DNA of 32,000 bases from Crocosphaera subtropica ATCC 51142. GTDB lineage: Bacteria; Cyanobacteriota; Cyanobacteriia; Cyanobacteriales; Microcystaceae. The stretch's first letter is position 1. The number at the start of each line of letters is the position of its first letter. Shown here in pieces: positions 1-8,165 of the stretch. The notes beneath the pieces are model-generated. The model was not told the DNA's origin. It searched no databases and saw only the letters and a list, made by a program, of their open reading frames with translations. A program made the position numbers and the translations under genes. The stretch is taken from the NCBI RefSeq assembly GCF_000017845.1, contig NC_010546.1, positions 480,001 through 512,000 of the forward strand, written 5' to 3'.

Positions 1-257
1 AACAATGTGACCTGACTCACTTCTAATTCAAAGAAACCCTTTTTTTTCTTAAATTCTCGATTTCCTGTTACTTCTAACCAAGTTCCAGGAATCATATTGA
101 TATCGATTTCTGAACGCAGTTTTTTGGGAATTTTCAGCCAATATTCCTTTTCTTCTACTTTCATCCGTAAATATTTGATTTTGTCACCTTTCTTAATGAC
201 AAAACTTTCTAATTGACCCACAAGACGGAATTGAGAGGTTGTAGTAGTTTTTGACAT
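1..257 (-). CDS. conserved hypothetical protein, N-terminal 85 codons (gene runs off the window start)
   Basis: This ORF is absent from the supplied track because it is open at the window edge. The reverse-strand ATG is at 257..255. It reads MSKTTTTSQFRLVGQLESFVIKKGDKIKYLRMKVEEKEYWLKIPKKLRSEIDINMIPGTWLEVTGNREFKKKKGFFELEVSQVTL with no stop down to base 3. I do not recognise the family. Confidence 0.55.
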   Translation of the reverse strand, partial: MSKTTTTSQFRLVGQLESFVIKKGDKIKYLRMKVEEKEYWLKIPKKLRSEIDINMIPGTWLEVTGNREFKKKKGFFELEVSQVTL

Positions 258-290
258 AGTTTTTTATTTAGAACTTCTTTAACTAATAAT

Positions 291-542
291 TTAACGCTTG
301 TTAAGATTCCAGCAACTCTTCAGCCAGTCAATTAATTCCTGGCGAGAGGCCGAGTATTGTTTGGTCACACTCCACAGTTGAATGATGGCTGTGGGGCTAG
401 ATAAGTTTGCCTGTAAGGGTTTGTGGGTTTCACAAGAGCAGGGAATGTCTAATTCCCGAAGCCGATGATAGACGATCCAGCGATCGCACCAATCGACTTC
501 TACAACTTGCCTGGGTTCGAGAGGAAGGTTAGTTAAATTCAT
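291..542 (-). CDS. Asr1405/Asl0597-family small cyanobacterial protein
   Basis: This is track frame 291..554. The track start at 554 is TTG, and the first ATG is at 542..540 (MNLTNLPLEPRQVVEVDWCDRWIVYHRLRELDIPCSCE...). The DWCDRW-VYHRL-EL-IPC block matches my memory of this cyanobacteria-restricted family. It lies on the same strand as the edge gene, 33 nt upstream of it, so the two are probably co-transcribed. Confidence 0.7.
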   Translation of the reverse strand: MNLTNLPLEPRQVVEVDWCDRWIVYHRLRELDIPCSCETHKPLQANLSSPTAIIQLWSVTKQYSASRQELIDWLKSCWNLNKR

Positions 543-741
543 GGACTCAAGCAAATGAAGATAATTGTCATTGTTTCTTCACCTAGTGTAACAGACAGAT
601 GCAATATATTCTCAATTATTTTGCAAAAAAAATTCTAGCTCATCCCAGGCTGGAAGGGACGAGGGACTTCCCCTAGTTGGGGTTGATAAAAGTTAAATCT
701 TTTTAGATGATTTTGCAGAGTGTTGATAAACTATTGCTAAA

Positions 742-1341
742 ATGAGTTATTTTAATGATAGAAGTGTCGTTAAAAAGGGAATTACAGACATGGCAACTGC
801 TCAAGGCTTACTCCGTGCTTTCGGTGAAGTAGGAGAAAACCCCGTATTACTAGACAAGAGCGTCACGACTCCTGTTTGCGAAGGGTTAAACCTACTCATC
901 GCTAGTTTCCAAGGACTGTTTTTACAGTATGAAAAACACCATTTTGTGGTAGAGGGATCAGAATTTTACTCTTTACACGAATATTTTAGTGAAAGTTACG
1001 AAGAAGTTCGCGGTCATGTTCATGATTTAGCGGAACGATTAAACGGGTTAGGTGGGATTCCTGTGGCTAGCTTTAGTAAACTGGCTGAACTGTGCTGCTT
1101 TGAGCCAGAAGCTGATGGGATGTATGACTGTCGGAAAATGGTTGAGCATGACTTAGCAGCAGAACAAGCAATTATTAAAGTCTTACGCAGCCAAGCAGCC
1201 CAAGCTGAAAGCTTAGGAGATAGAGCTACTCGTCATCAACTTGAAGAAATTCTACTGGAAACTGAAGAACGGGCTTATCACTTAGACCATTTCTTGACTC
1301 ACGATAGCTTAACCGTTGCATTTGTTGGAAACGGTAACTAG
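742..1341 (+). CDS. dps: Dps-family DNA-binding ferritin-like protein
   Basis: The ferritin-like four-helix signature is present: [47 protein letters not shown]. The length is about 180-199 aa. An alternative start exists at ATG 790 (MATAQGLL...). A strong terminator follows the gene. Confidence 0.9.
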   Translation: MSYFNDRSVVKKGITDMATAQGLLRAFGEVGENPVLLDKSVTTPVCEGLNLLIASFQGLFLQYEKHHFVVEGSEFYSLHEYFSESYEEVRGHVHDLAERLNGLGGIPVASFSKLAELCCFEPEADGMYDCRKMVEHDLAAEQAIIKVLRSQAAQAESLGDRATRHQLEEILLETEERAYHLDHFLTHDSLTVAFVGNGN

Positions 1342-1372
1342 ATTTTTAATCATTTGAATATAACTTAAATTT

Positions 1373-1408
1373 AGCTAGTGATTGCTGTGAGTCACTAGCT
1401 CTTTTATT
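1373..1408 (+). terminator. rho-independent terminator after dps
   Basis: A perfect 9-bp stem pairs AGCTAGTGA (1373-1381) with TCACTAGCT (1392-1400). The loop is 10 nt and is followed by CTTTTATT. The hairpin sits between convergent dps and the RlpA-like gene. Confidence 0.65.
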
Positions 1409-1442
1409 CGTTAATAATTGAAACTGGATAATTAAATTTTTA

Positions 1443-1769
1443 TTAATTTAACACTGTGATTCTAACAGGAATTCTGCCTGATTTTAAGGAACCAATGGTT
1501 CTAAAGGCACTTTGAGATAAATCTAAACTACAACGACAACGATCTACAATACGGACAATCACACTTTTTCCCGTTTTACGATTGGTCACTTTAACTTTTG
1601 TCCCAAAAGGCAAACTAGGATGAGCAGCCATCATGGCACTATTATTAAAGCGTACTCCTGAGGCTGTTTTTTGTCCTTGATAATGAGAAGCATAATAAGT
1701 CGCTGTTTGTGCCTGTGCAGGCATGGCAGCTAACGCTATCATCAAGATAGATAATGATACTTTCTTCAC
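1443..1769 (-). CDS. RlpA-like lipoprotein/DPBB-domain protein, secreted
   Basis: It has a signal peptide (MKKVSLSILMIALAAMPAQA). A double-psi beta-barrel block typical of RlpA-family proteins follows: YYASHYQGQKTASGVRFNNSAMMAAHPSLPFGTKVKVTNRKTGKSVIVRIVDRC. The start codon is GTG at 1769..1767. Confidence 0.8.
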   Translation of the reverse strand: MKKVSLSILMIALAAMPAQAQTATYYASHYQGQKTASGVRFNNSAMMAAHPSLPFGTKVKVTNRKTGKSVIVRIVDRCRCSLDLSQSAFRTIGSLKSGRIPVRITVLN

Positions 1770-1949
1770 GGTGTACTATTCCTCACCACACAATGTACGT
1801 CTAGGATAATATACCTAGTTATTTTTCATTTGTCTAGTTGACAAAGTAGTAGGTTCTATGCGTATTGATTAATAAAGTCAGGATAGAGTTTCATTTAAAC
1901 GTTCATAGGTAGCCAGTTAAAACCTTTTTAATAAGCAAAATTTAGTTCA

Positions 1950-2708
1950 ATGTTTAATTATTTGCATCAAGTCGTCAGATTTCCTGTAGTTTCTAGCCAA
2001 TATAGTCTTAAAAAGAAAAATATCTTTGTTTACTTATCTTCATTAGGGTTATTGTTGTTAGTTATCAATGTGATAATGGGTTGTAATCATCAATCCTCTT
2101 CTATTCCCATTGAGTCGTCCCTATTGACAGTGGATACCGTAGAAATGGTACAGCAAGGCATTGAAAAAAGCCGTCAAGGGAATTATGAAGCTGCTGTAGA
2201 CGATTTTAATCAAGTTCTTGCCCAAAATCCTCAAGATATTAACGCCTATTTTAATCGGGGTTTTGCCTATAGTAGTTTGGGCCAGTTTGAGCAAGCTTTA
2301 GCCGATTTTACCAAGGTGTTGAAATTAGATCCTCAAATGGTTCAAGCTTATGTTAACCGAGGCAATGTTTATCTACAATTGGGAGAAGATGAAAAAGCGA
2401 TCTCTGATTATGAAAAGGCATTGAAAATTAATCCTAACGATGCATTTGCTCAAAATAACTTAGGACTGGCTCATCTTAACTCAGGAAGTCCAGAATTAGC
2501 GAAAATTGACTTTACTCAGGCGGTAACCATTGATCCGTTGTATGGAGAAGCTTATTATAATCGGGGGTTAGCGTTACTTGATCTTGGGGAAACCAAAAAG
2601 GCGATCGCTGATTTCCAAAAAGCGGCCGAAATCTGGGAGGAAATGGGAGAACAAACGGCTTCTGAGGCTGCTTTAGCAGAAATTAATGCTTTAAAAGCAA
2701 ATAATTAG
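1950..2708 (+). CDS. TPR-repeat protein, probable lipoprotein
   Basis: At least five consecutive 34-residue TPR units are visible (AYFNRGFAY..., AYVNRGNVY..., AQNNLGLAH..., AYYNRGLAL...). The N-terminus is hydrophobic and ends in VIMGC, which is lipobox-like. Confidence 0.85.
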   Translation: MFNYLHQVVRFPVVSSQYSLKKKNIFVYLSSLGLLLLVINVIMGCNHQSSSIPIESSLLTVDTVEMVQQGIEKSRQGNYEAAVDDFNQVLAQNPQDINAYFNRGFAYSSLGQFEQALADFTKVLKLDPQMVQAYVNRGNVYLQLGEDEKAISDYEKALKINPNDAFAQNNLGLAHLNSGSPELAKIDFTQAVTIDPLYGEAYYNRGLALLDLGETKKAIADFQKAAEIWEEMGEQTASEAALAEINALKANN

Positions 2709-2747
2709 GAATAGTCAGTCAAAACAAACTTTTTGTTAAACTATTCC
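2708..2747 (+). terminator. stem-loop at the stop codon of the TPR gene (terminator-like, weak U tract)
   Basis: The outer 8-bp stem pairs GGAATAGT (2708-2715) with ACTATTCC (2740-2747). The inner 6-bp stem pairs AACAAA (2723-2728) with TTTGTT (2732-2737). The following sequence is only AGTTTC. Confidence 0.4.
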
Positions 2748-2805
2748 AGTTTCAACCATTATAAAATTAAAATCGAAGAGTAAAATTATCCTCAATTAAT
2801 GTCTT

Positions 2806-3003
2806 ATGACTATCACTTTAAAAGTTCCAAGTATTGCTTGTGGTGCTTGTGCTAATACCATTACTAAAGCTATTGAAGGACAAAAACCAGAAGCTAAAGT
2901 TTCCGTTGATGTTGACTCAAAAATAGTAACTGTAGAAACAGATGCTTCAACAGAAACCATTAAAGAAATTATTAGCGAAGCTGGTCATACAGTTGAAGAT
3001 TAA
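2806..3003 (+). CDS. atx1: copper metallochaperone, HMA domain (Atx1-like)
   Basis: This 65-aa protein has the beta-alpha-beta-beta-alpha-beta HMA layout and the metal site SIACGAC (CxxC). It is collinear with the Synechocystis Atx1 sequence as I remember it (MTIQLTVPTIACEACAEAVTKAV...AGHEVE). Confidence 0.8.
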   Translation: MTITLKVPSIACGACANTITKAIEGQKPEAKVSVDVDSKIVTVETDASTETIKEIISEAGHTVED

Positions 3004-3017
3004 TGATTTTTTATTAG

Positions 3018-3071
3018 TAGGGTGAGCAAATATTTTAGACATTAGAACTCTTGTCTAATTTGTTTACCCTA
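3018..3071. repeat. 54-nt imperfect inverted repeat (long stem-loop) between atx1 and the VOC gene
   Basis: The outer arms pair TAGGGTGAGCAAAT (3018-3031) with ATTTGTTTACCCTA (3058-3071) over 14 bp, including two G-U pairs. The inner arms pair TTAGACA (3035-3041) with TGTCTAA (3052-3058). No U tract follows. Confidence 0.5.
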
Positions 3072-3122
3072 TGAGTAGAGTATATAAGATGTCAATTTAT
3101 CACTAATAGAAAATACTAAAGG

Positions 3123-3542
3123 ATGACAATTAGACCTTTTCATGTTGCTTTTCCTGTAATTAATTTAGAAGAAACAAGATATTTCTATGAGACTATTTTA
3201 GGGTGTACAGTAGGAAGAACTTCTGAACATTGGATTGATTTTAATTTATTTGGTCATCAAATTACAGCACATCTTTGTTCTAAAAATAGTCATGAAGTTT
3301 CCGTTAATTTAGTAGATGGAAAAAAGGTTCCTGTTCAACATTGGGGCGTGATTTTAGAAATGAAAGAATGGCAAGTATTAGCAGAAAAACTAAAAGCATC
3401 TCAGATTACTTTTGTTATTGAACCCTATCTTAGATTTAAAGGAGAAGTTGGAGAACAAGCAACCATGTTTTTTCTTGATCCCAGTGGCAATGCCCTTGAA
3501 TTTAAGGCATTTCGTGATGATCAATCCATTTTTGCTAAGTAG
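3123..3542 (+). CDS. VOC-family protein (glyoxalase/bleomycin-resistance/dioxygenase fold)
   Basis: This 139-aa protein shows a typical VOC N-terminus ([24 protein letters not shown]) and C-terminal module ([15 protein letters not shown]). An AAAGGA Shine-Dalgarno-like motif precedes the ATG. Confidence 0.8.
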   Translation: MTIRPFHVAFPVINLEETRYFYETILGCTVGRTSEHWIDFNLFGHQITAHLCSKNSHEVSVNLVDGKKVPVQHWGVILEMKEWQVLAEKLKASQITFVIEPYLRFKGEVGEQATMFFLDPSGNALEFKAFRDDQSIFAK

Positions 3543-3667
3543 TCGGACATCAATAAATAATAAAATTCCCAAACTAATTAAAAATATCCTCAATAATAAA
3601 TCAGAATGATTTAAACTAACTCATTTACCCTCATTTACCATGATCTATCTTAAATTCTTGGATTGAG

Positions 3668-5632
3668 TTATTTTGTTAAATTTAAAGTGTTCATAGCTGC
3701 TTTTATTATATCAAAATAGGGGTTTTGAGTAACATCAACTTCTTTAGCTTCTTGACGGTTAATCCCTAATAATCCTTTTTGTTGTCCTTTGCGTACCGCT
3801 AATACTTTACCTTGAGCATTTTTAATTCTCAATTCTTTTTCCTGTTTAAAATAGTGACAAATATAGTCTTTTCCTTGATAAGTAAAAGTATTTTTAGGCT
3901 GAATTGTAGTACCAGCAGGCAAACGAACCCCTACTATTTCTAATTCTATATTAACGGTACCATTCCAATAATTTTCTGTCAATTTATAGGCAATATCCAA
4001 CCGTTTAGGTAGGGGAAAATAGGAACCAAACCGCCAAGCGATCGCTTTCATTTCTTGACCATCTTCTTGACCCAATACTAATTTTAAATGATTTTTTCCG
4101 ACGGTTCTTTGTTCTAATATTTTAACATTAGGAGTCCAAAACACAGGAAACGCATTTTCGATGCCCCAAGGTTGTAAACTATCAATATGTTGATATAACT
4201 GAGCATTTAACTGTTTAAAATTCGCTTCTCCATCAATTTTAACTAAAGGTTTAATGTGATGGGGTTCTAATAATTGATGTGCAAACTGACTCAATCTTTC
4301 TTTAAAAGCTATTAAATTGTTACTTTTTAAACCGAATCCGCCGGCTGCTTTGTGTCCTCCATATTTACCCAATAAATCATCACAATAAACCAAAGCTTCA
4401 AAGATATTAAATTCTTCAATTCCTCTGGCTGAACCCCTAATTTTACTAGGATCATCTTCTTCATAAGTACCAATAAAAACAGGAACGCCATAACGCTCAA
4501 CTAAACGAGAGGCAACAATCCCAATTACCCCGTGATGCCATTTATGATTAATCACCACTAACACTCGATCTTTTTTATAATTAATAGGCGTTGTTTTAAT
4601 TAAATGAATCGCTTCTTTTTCAATTTCTTCACATAGACCTTTCCGTTTACCATTAATTTGTTCACATTGCATTGCCCTTTCTAGTGCAATTCCTGGATCA
4701 TCCGTTGTTAATAGTTCAATAGCCGTTTGTGGATCACCAATTCGTCCCACTGCATTAATTCTTGGCCCTAATTTAAAGCCAATATCATCCGGTTTTAATT
4801 GTTTTTGTTCTTCGCTAACCCCTGCGACTTGCATTAAGGCTTGAATACCTGCTAGTTGTGAATTAGGTAACTGTTTTAATCCTTTTTTTAACCAACGACG
4901 ATTAACCCCAACTAAAGGAGCTAAATCTGCGATCGTTCCTAGGGTAAATAACTCTAATAATGAATCAATAATTTCCTCAGTTTTGTTAAATTGTTCAGCA
5001 AGAGTTACCGCTAAAATATAAGCAACTCCCACACCAGCTAAGCCCCGATAAGGAGAATGAATCGATAATAATTTAGGGTTTAAAATTGCATCAGCAGGGG
5101 GCAACTTTTCAGGTAAATCATGATGATCCGTAATGATAACCGTTAACCCTAATTCTATTGCTCTTTTGATAGGTTCATAGGCAGCAATGCCATTATCAAC
5201 GGTCAAAACAACCCCAACACCCTCTTCAGCAAACTTTTCTACAATTCTTTCATTAATCCCATAACCGTCCTTCATCCGGCTCGGAATTTCATAATAAGCA
5301 TCTCCTCCTAAATGAGTTAAAGCCCTTAATAATAAAGACGTGCTAGTCATACCATCAGCATCATAGTCCCCACAAATGGCAATTTTTTCTCCTATTTCAA
5401 TAGCTTCTTTTAAGAGTTCAATACTAGAAAGTAAATCAGGAAATTCATCCAAAGGATCGGGTAACGTTTCCACCTCTGGGTTAATATAAACTTGTGCTAA
5501 ATTAGGACTATCTATTCCTCGATTTAAAATGACTTGAGCGAGTAAAGGAGATAGTCCCGTTTCTGCTACTAACATTTTTACTTGATCGGGGTTAGGAGAG
5601 GCAATATACCACCGTTGATCTGGTAATTTCAT
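3668..5632 (-). CDS. recJ: single-stranded-DNA-specific exonuclease RecJ
   Basis: DHH-family motifs are present (ICGDYDADGMTS, LTVDNG, IITDHHD), together with DHHA1 (GGHKAAGGF). The length is 654 aa. Confidence 0.95.
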   Translation of the reverse strand: MKLPDQRWYIASPNPDQVKMLVAETGLSPLLAQVILNRGIDSPNLAQVYINPEVETLPDPLDEFPDLLSSIELLKEAIEIGEKIAICGDYDADGMTSTSLLLRALTHLGGDAYYEIPSRMKDGYGINERIVEKFAEEGVGVVLTVDNGIAAYEPIKRAIELGLTVIITDHHDLPEKLPPADAILNPKLLSIHSPYRGLAGVGVAYILAVTLAEQFNKTEEIIDSLLELFTLGTIADLAPLVGVNRRWLKKGLKQLPNSQLAGIQALMQVAGVSEEQKQLKPDDIGFKLGPRINAVGRIGDPQTAIELLTTDDPGIALERAMQCEQINGKRKGLCEEIEKEAIHLIKTTPINYKKDRVLVVINHKWHHGVIGIVASRLVERYGVPVFIGTYEEDDPSKIRGSARGIEEFNIFEALVYCDDLLGKYGGHKAAGGFGLKSNNLIAFKERLSQFAHQLLEPHHIKPLVKIDGEANFKQLNAQLYQHIDSLQPWGIENAFPVFWTPNVKILEQRTVGKNHLKLVLGQEDGQEMKAIAWRFGSYFPLPKRLDIAYKLTENYWNGTVNIELEIVGVRLPAGTTIQPKNTFTYQGKDYICHYFKQEKELRIKNAQGKVLAVRKGQQKGLLGINRQEAKEVDVTQNPYFDIIKAAMNTLNLTK

Positions 5633-5679
5633 GCAAATTTGTCCTATGATTTTAGAAGCTCATTGTAACAATTATTCCC

Positions 5680-6531
5680 ATGCCCCTCATTCAATGGTAT
5701 CCTGGCCATATTGCTAAAGCCGAAAGACAACTCAAAGAACAACTTAACCGTGTAGATGTAATCTTTGAAGTCTTAGACGCTCGCATTCCCCTAGCTTCCC
5801 ATCACCCTGACGTTCCTCAATGGATAGGGGATAAACCGAGACTGCTGGTACTCAACCGCATGGATATGATACCAGAATCCGTGCGCCAAGGCTGGTTAAA
5901 CTGGTTTGCTGCTCAAGGAGAGACAGTTTATTATACCAACGCAAAACAAGGAAAAGGCATTAAACCCTTAAAAAAAGCAGCACAAGAAGCAGGGGTACAG
6001 ATGAACCAAAGAAGACGTGATCGCGGAATGCGTCCTCGTGGGGTGAGAGCCGTGGTTATTGGCTTTCCCAATGTGGGAAAATCCGCCTTAATTAACCGTT
6101 TATTGGGGCGTAAAGTGGTAGCTAGTGCTAGACGGGCTGGGGTAACTCGTCAGTTACAATGGATACGGATTGCTGATGATCTTGAACTTTTAGACGCACC
6201 TGGTATCATTCCAGCTAAACTAGATACTCAAGAAGATGCGGTAAAATTAGCCATCTGTGAAGACATTGGCGAAGCAGCTTATGATAATCAGCAAATTGGA
6301 GCAGCGTTAGTTGATTTATTAGTTGAGTTAAATTTTGAGAAAATTTTGTCATCTCGCTATCAACTTGACCCCCAAGAAATGACGGGAGAAGAATATATTG
6401 AAATCTTAGGAAATACTCGATATAAAGGAGATAAAGAAAGAGCCACCATGCAGCTATTAAACGATTTTAGGAAAGGAATCATGGGGCAAATACCTTTAGA
6501 ATTACCCCCTACTGAACAGGTTAAAAGTTAA
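5680..6531 (+). CDS. rbgA: ribosome biogenesis GTPase YlqF/RbgA (circularly permuted GTPase)
   Basis: The N-terminus is WYPGHIAKAERQLKEQL. The G motifs appear in permuted order: NRMD (G4) precedes GFPNVGKSALIN (G1) and LLDAPGI (G3). It is divergent from recJ with a 47-bp spacer. Confidence 0.9.
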   Translation: MPLIQWYPGHIAKAERQLKEQLNRVDVIFEVLDARIPLASHHPDVPQWIGDKPRLLVLNRMDMIPESVRQGWLNWFAAQGETVYYTNAKQGKGIKPLKKAAQEAGVQMNQRRRDRGMRPRGVRAVVIGFPNVGKSALINRLLGRKVVASARRAGVTRQLQWIRIADDLELLDAPGIIPAKLDTQEDAVKLAICEDIGEAAYDNQQIGAALVDLLVELNFEKILSSRYQLDPQEMTGEEYIEILGNTRYKGDKERATMQLLNDFRKGIMGQIPLELPPTEQVKS

Positions 6532-6642
6532 ATTTATTATCAACAAACCATAGAGCTATTAAGTATTTATCCTGACCGTGAATTCAACCTCAAAGGTCTT
6601 TGTGAGAAAATAGAGATCACAATAAATTCATGAGAATCAACA

Positions 6643-6671
6643 CTCACAATGGTAGAAAATGAGAATATAAT
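6643..6671 (+). promoter_or_regulatory. candidate sigma70-type promoter for the small ORF at 6701
   Basis: A -35-like CTCACA (6643-6648) is followed by a 17-nt spacer and a perfect -10 TATAAT (6666-6671). The palindrome TGTAC-N8-GTACA (6671-6688) follows immediately. TATAAT is common in AT-rich DNA, so support is weak. Confidence 0.25.
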
Positions 6672-6700
6672 GTACTTACTAACGTACAGTATAAAAACTT

Positions 6701-6838
6701 ATGTCAACTCTAGAATTAGTCAACATTGCATATCCCGAATTTAACGTTACTGAAACTAATCCAGAAAGTTACTATTTATTACGATTAATGAATTTATATG
6801 GTGCAGATTTTAATGAAGAAGAAATCTTAAATTTTTAA
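6701..6838 (+). CDS. candidate 45-aa acidic small protein (unrecognised)
   Basis: This ATG..TAA frame falls below the ORF-track cutoff and reads MSTLELVNIAYPEFNVTETNPESYYLLRLMNLYGADFNEEEILNF. A promoter-like element lies upstream and a hairpin lies downstream, within an otherwise empty 479-bp spacer. I recognise no homolog. Confidence 0.35.
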   Translation: MSTLELVNIAYPEFNVTETNPESYYLLRLMNLYGADFNEEEILNF

Positions 6839-6871
6839 TGAGATCGATAAGCTCATTTATTCAATAATCTT

Positions 6872-6910
6872 CCCACAACTGCATAATCTTAAAGTTGTGG
6901 GTTGGGTTTA
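6872..6910 (+). terminator. terminator-like hairpin downstream of the small ORF
   Basis: A perfect 9-bp stem pairs CCCACAACT (6872-6880) with AGTTGTGGG (6893-6901). The loop is 12 nt. The tail TTGGGTTTA is a weak U tract. Confidence 0.4.
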
Positions 6911-7010
6911 GTACATAATTGTTACTATTAATCTTTTCCTATCCTGGTCTTGAATTGTTCTTTACACTGGTTTGATATTCTCAAAGGTAGAGTCATTGAT
7001 TAATAATTAA

Positions 7011-7247
7011 ATGGTTAAACAGTTTCCTGTTAACGCCGGTGAAATGGTTGAACGAGCCGATCGCCTGATGAGTGCAGCGTCAAACCGTTATCGTGTGGTG
7101 GTACAAGTTTCAAGACGGGCCAAACGGTGTCGTCATGAAGACAATGAAAACGGTGATACTTCCATGATGAAACCTGTGATCCGCGCTGTCTTAGAGATGT
7201 CAGATGAATTCACTGAACCTGAAATTATCGGTCATGAGTTAAATTAA
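7011..7247 (+). CDS. rpoZ: DNA-directed RNA polymerase subunit omega
   Basis: This 78-aa protein carries the cyanobacterial omega signature: SAASNRYRVVVQVSRRAKR...MMKPVIRAVLEMSDEFTEPEIIG. Confidence 0.9.
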   Translation: MVKQFPVNAGEMVERADRLMSAASNRYRVVVQVSRRAKRCRHEDNENGDTSMMKPVIRAVLEMSDEFTEPEIIGHELN

Positions 7248-7429
7248 TCCGTGATTTCACTTCTAAATTGAGCCTCTTTTTGAGATAATATTTACTAGCG
7301 GTCAATGAGCAATCATTGTCCTCGATCCTTATCAGGCAGTAGTGTTGATTAACCCTTAGATTGAGTGGGTATTAACCAGGATGGATCTAAGCAAAAAATA
7401 CATTACTGTGAGTCTCAACGGATAGTTTC

Positions 7430-8161
7430 ATGACTGACCAGCAAACCGCTACAATCGATAATACAGACAATAATCTTTCCCAACTGACGGATCAGTTTAT
7501 TAATGGGACACAAAAAGACCAACTTCAATTAATTCCTCAATTAATGAGGATGGGAGAAGGAGGTTGGCAAGTATTAATGAAATTTTTACAAGCATCAGAT
7601 GAAAACGCTGTTGATATTGTACGAGGTAAAGTTTATGGGATACTTTATCAAGTAAAAAATACCATTACAGAAGAATTTATCCAAACCCATTTTCCAAAGG
7701 GAATTATCTCCCTTAAATCTCAACGAAACATAGATTATCAACCCCTTAATCAATTACTGGTTGAGCAAAAGTTTCAAGATGCAGATACCTTAACCCGTCA
7801 TCTTTTGTGTGAATTAGCAGGAGAAGGGGCAGTACAGCGTAAATGGGTTTATTTTACTGAAGTTGAGCAATTTCCTGCAACGGATTTACAGACCATTAAT
7901 GCCTTATGGTTGTTACATTCAGAGGGAAAATTTGGGTTTTCTGTACAGCGAAAACTATGGTTATCCGTTGGCAAAGACTTTACTAAATTATGGCCAAAAA
8001 TTGGCTGGAAAAAAGATAATAATTGGACTCAGTATCCCAATCAATTTACTTGGGATTTAGACGCACCCGTGGGTCATTTACCCTTATTAAATCAACTTAG
8101 AGGGGTTCGGGTAACCGCCTCTTTATTTTCCCATCCTGCTTGGTCACAAGAGAATTCTTAG
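7430..8161 (+). CDS. gun4: GUN4-domain protein (Mg-chelatase/porphyrin-binding regulator)
   Basis: The C-terminal GUN4 core is present: FPATDLQTINALWLLHSEGKFGFSVQRKLW...GWKKDNNWTQYPNQFTWDLDAPVGHLPLLNQLRGVRV. An N-terminal helical domain typical of cyanobacterial Gun4 precedes it. Confidence 0.9.
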   Translation: MTDQQTATIDNTDNNLSQLTDQFINGTQKDQLQLIPQLMRMGEGGWQVLMKFLQASDENAVDIVRGKVYGILYQVKNTITEEFIQTHFPKGIISLKSQRNIDYQPLNQLLVEQKFQDADTLTRHLLCELAGEGAVQRKWVYFTEVEQFPATDLQTINALWLLHSEGKFGFSVQRKLWLSVGKDFTKLWPKIGWKKDNNWTQYPNQFTWDLDAPVGHLPLLNQLRGVRVTASLFSHPAWSQENS

Positions 8162-8165
8162 TCAT

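Noticed and set aside
515-523. GGGTTCGAG, resembling a tRNA T-arm (GGTTCGA).
   Set aside because: It lies inside the Asr1405-family CDS, and I could not build an acceptor, D or anticodon arm around it. No tRNA-like cloverleaf was found in any spacer.
3390-3609. Track ORFs 3390..3593(-) and 3412..3609(+), which overlap the 3' end of the VOC gene.
   Set aside because: Both lie largely inside or antisense to a well-supported CDS. Their translations are low-complexity and rich in I, K, N and L, as expected from AT-rich DNA. I recognise no motifs.
6671-6688. TGTAC-N8-GTACA considered as a cyanobacterial LexA box, given that recJ and ruvB lie in the window.
   Set aside because: As I recall it, the LexA consensus (RGTAC-NNN-DGTWCB) has about 4 nt between half-sites, not 8. 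No similar site lies upstream of recJ or ruvB. I kept it only as a generic palindrome in the small-ORF finding.
7863-8060. Nested ORFs in alternative frames or antisense to strong genes: 7863..8060, 8669..8866, 13890..14102, 16715..16903, 18027..18212, 18969..19160, 19699..19968, 22955..23311, 26334..26525, 27895..28101, 28545..28781 and 28588..28815.
   Set aside because: Each is fully embedded in a CDS with clear family motifs (gun4, the MscS-type channel gene, the ABC exporter, ccsA, pyrFE, the cyclophilin, pckA, cysS). The shadow frames give Ser/Pro/Arg-rich or Ile/Tyr-rich nonsense typical of antisense frames. No independent signals support them.
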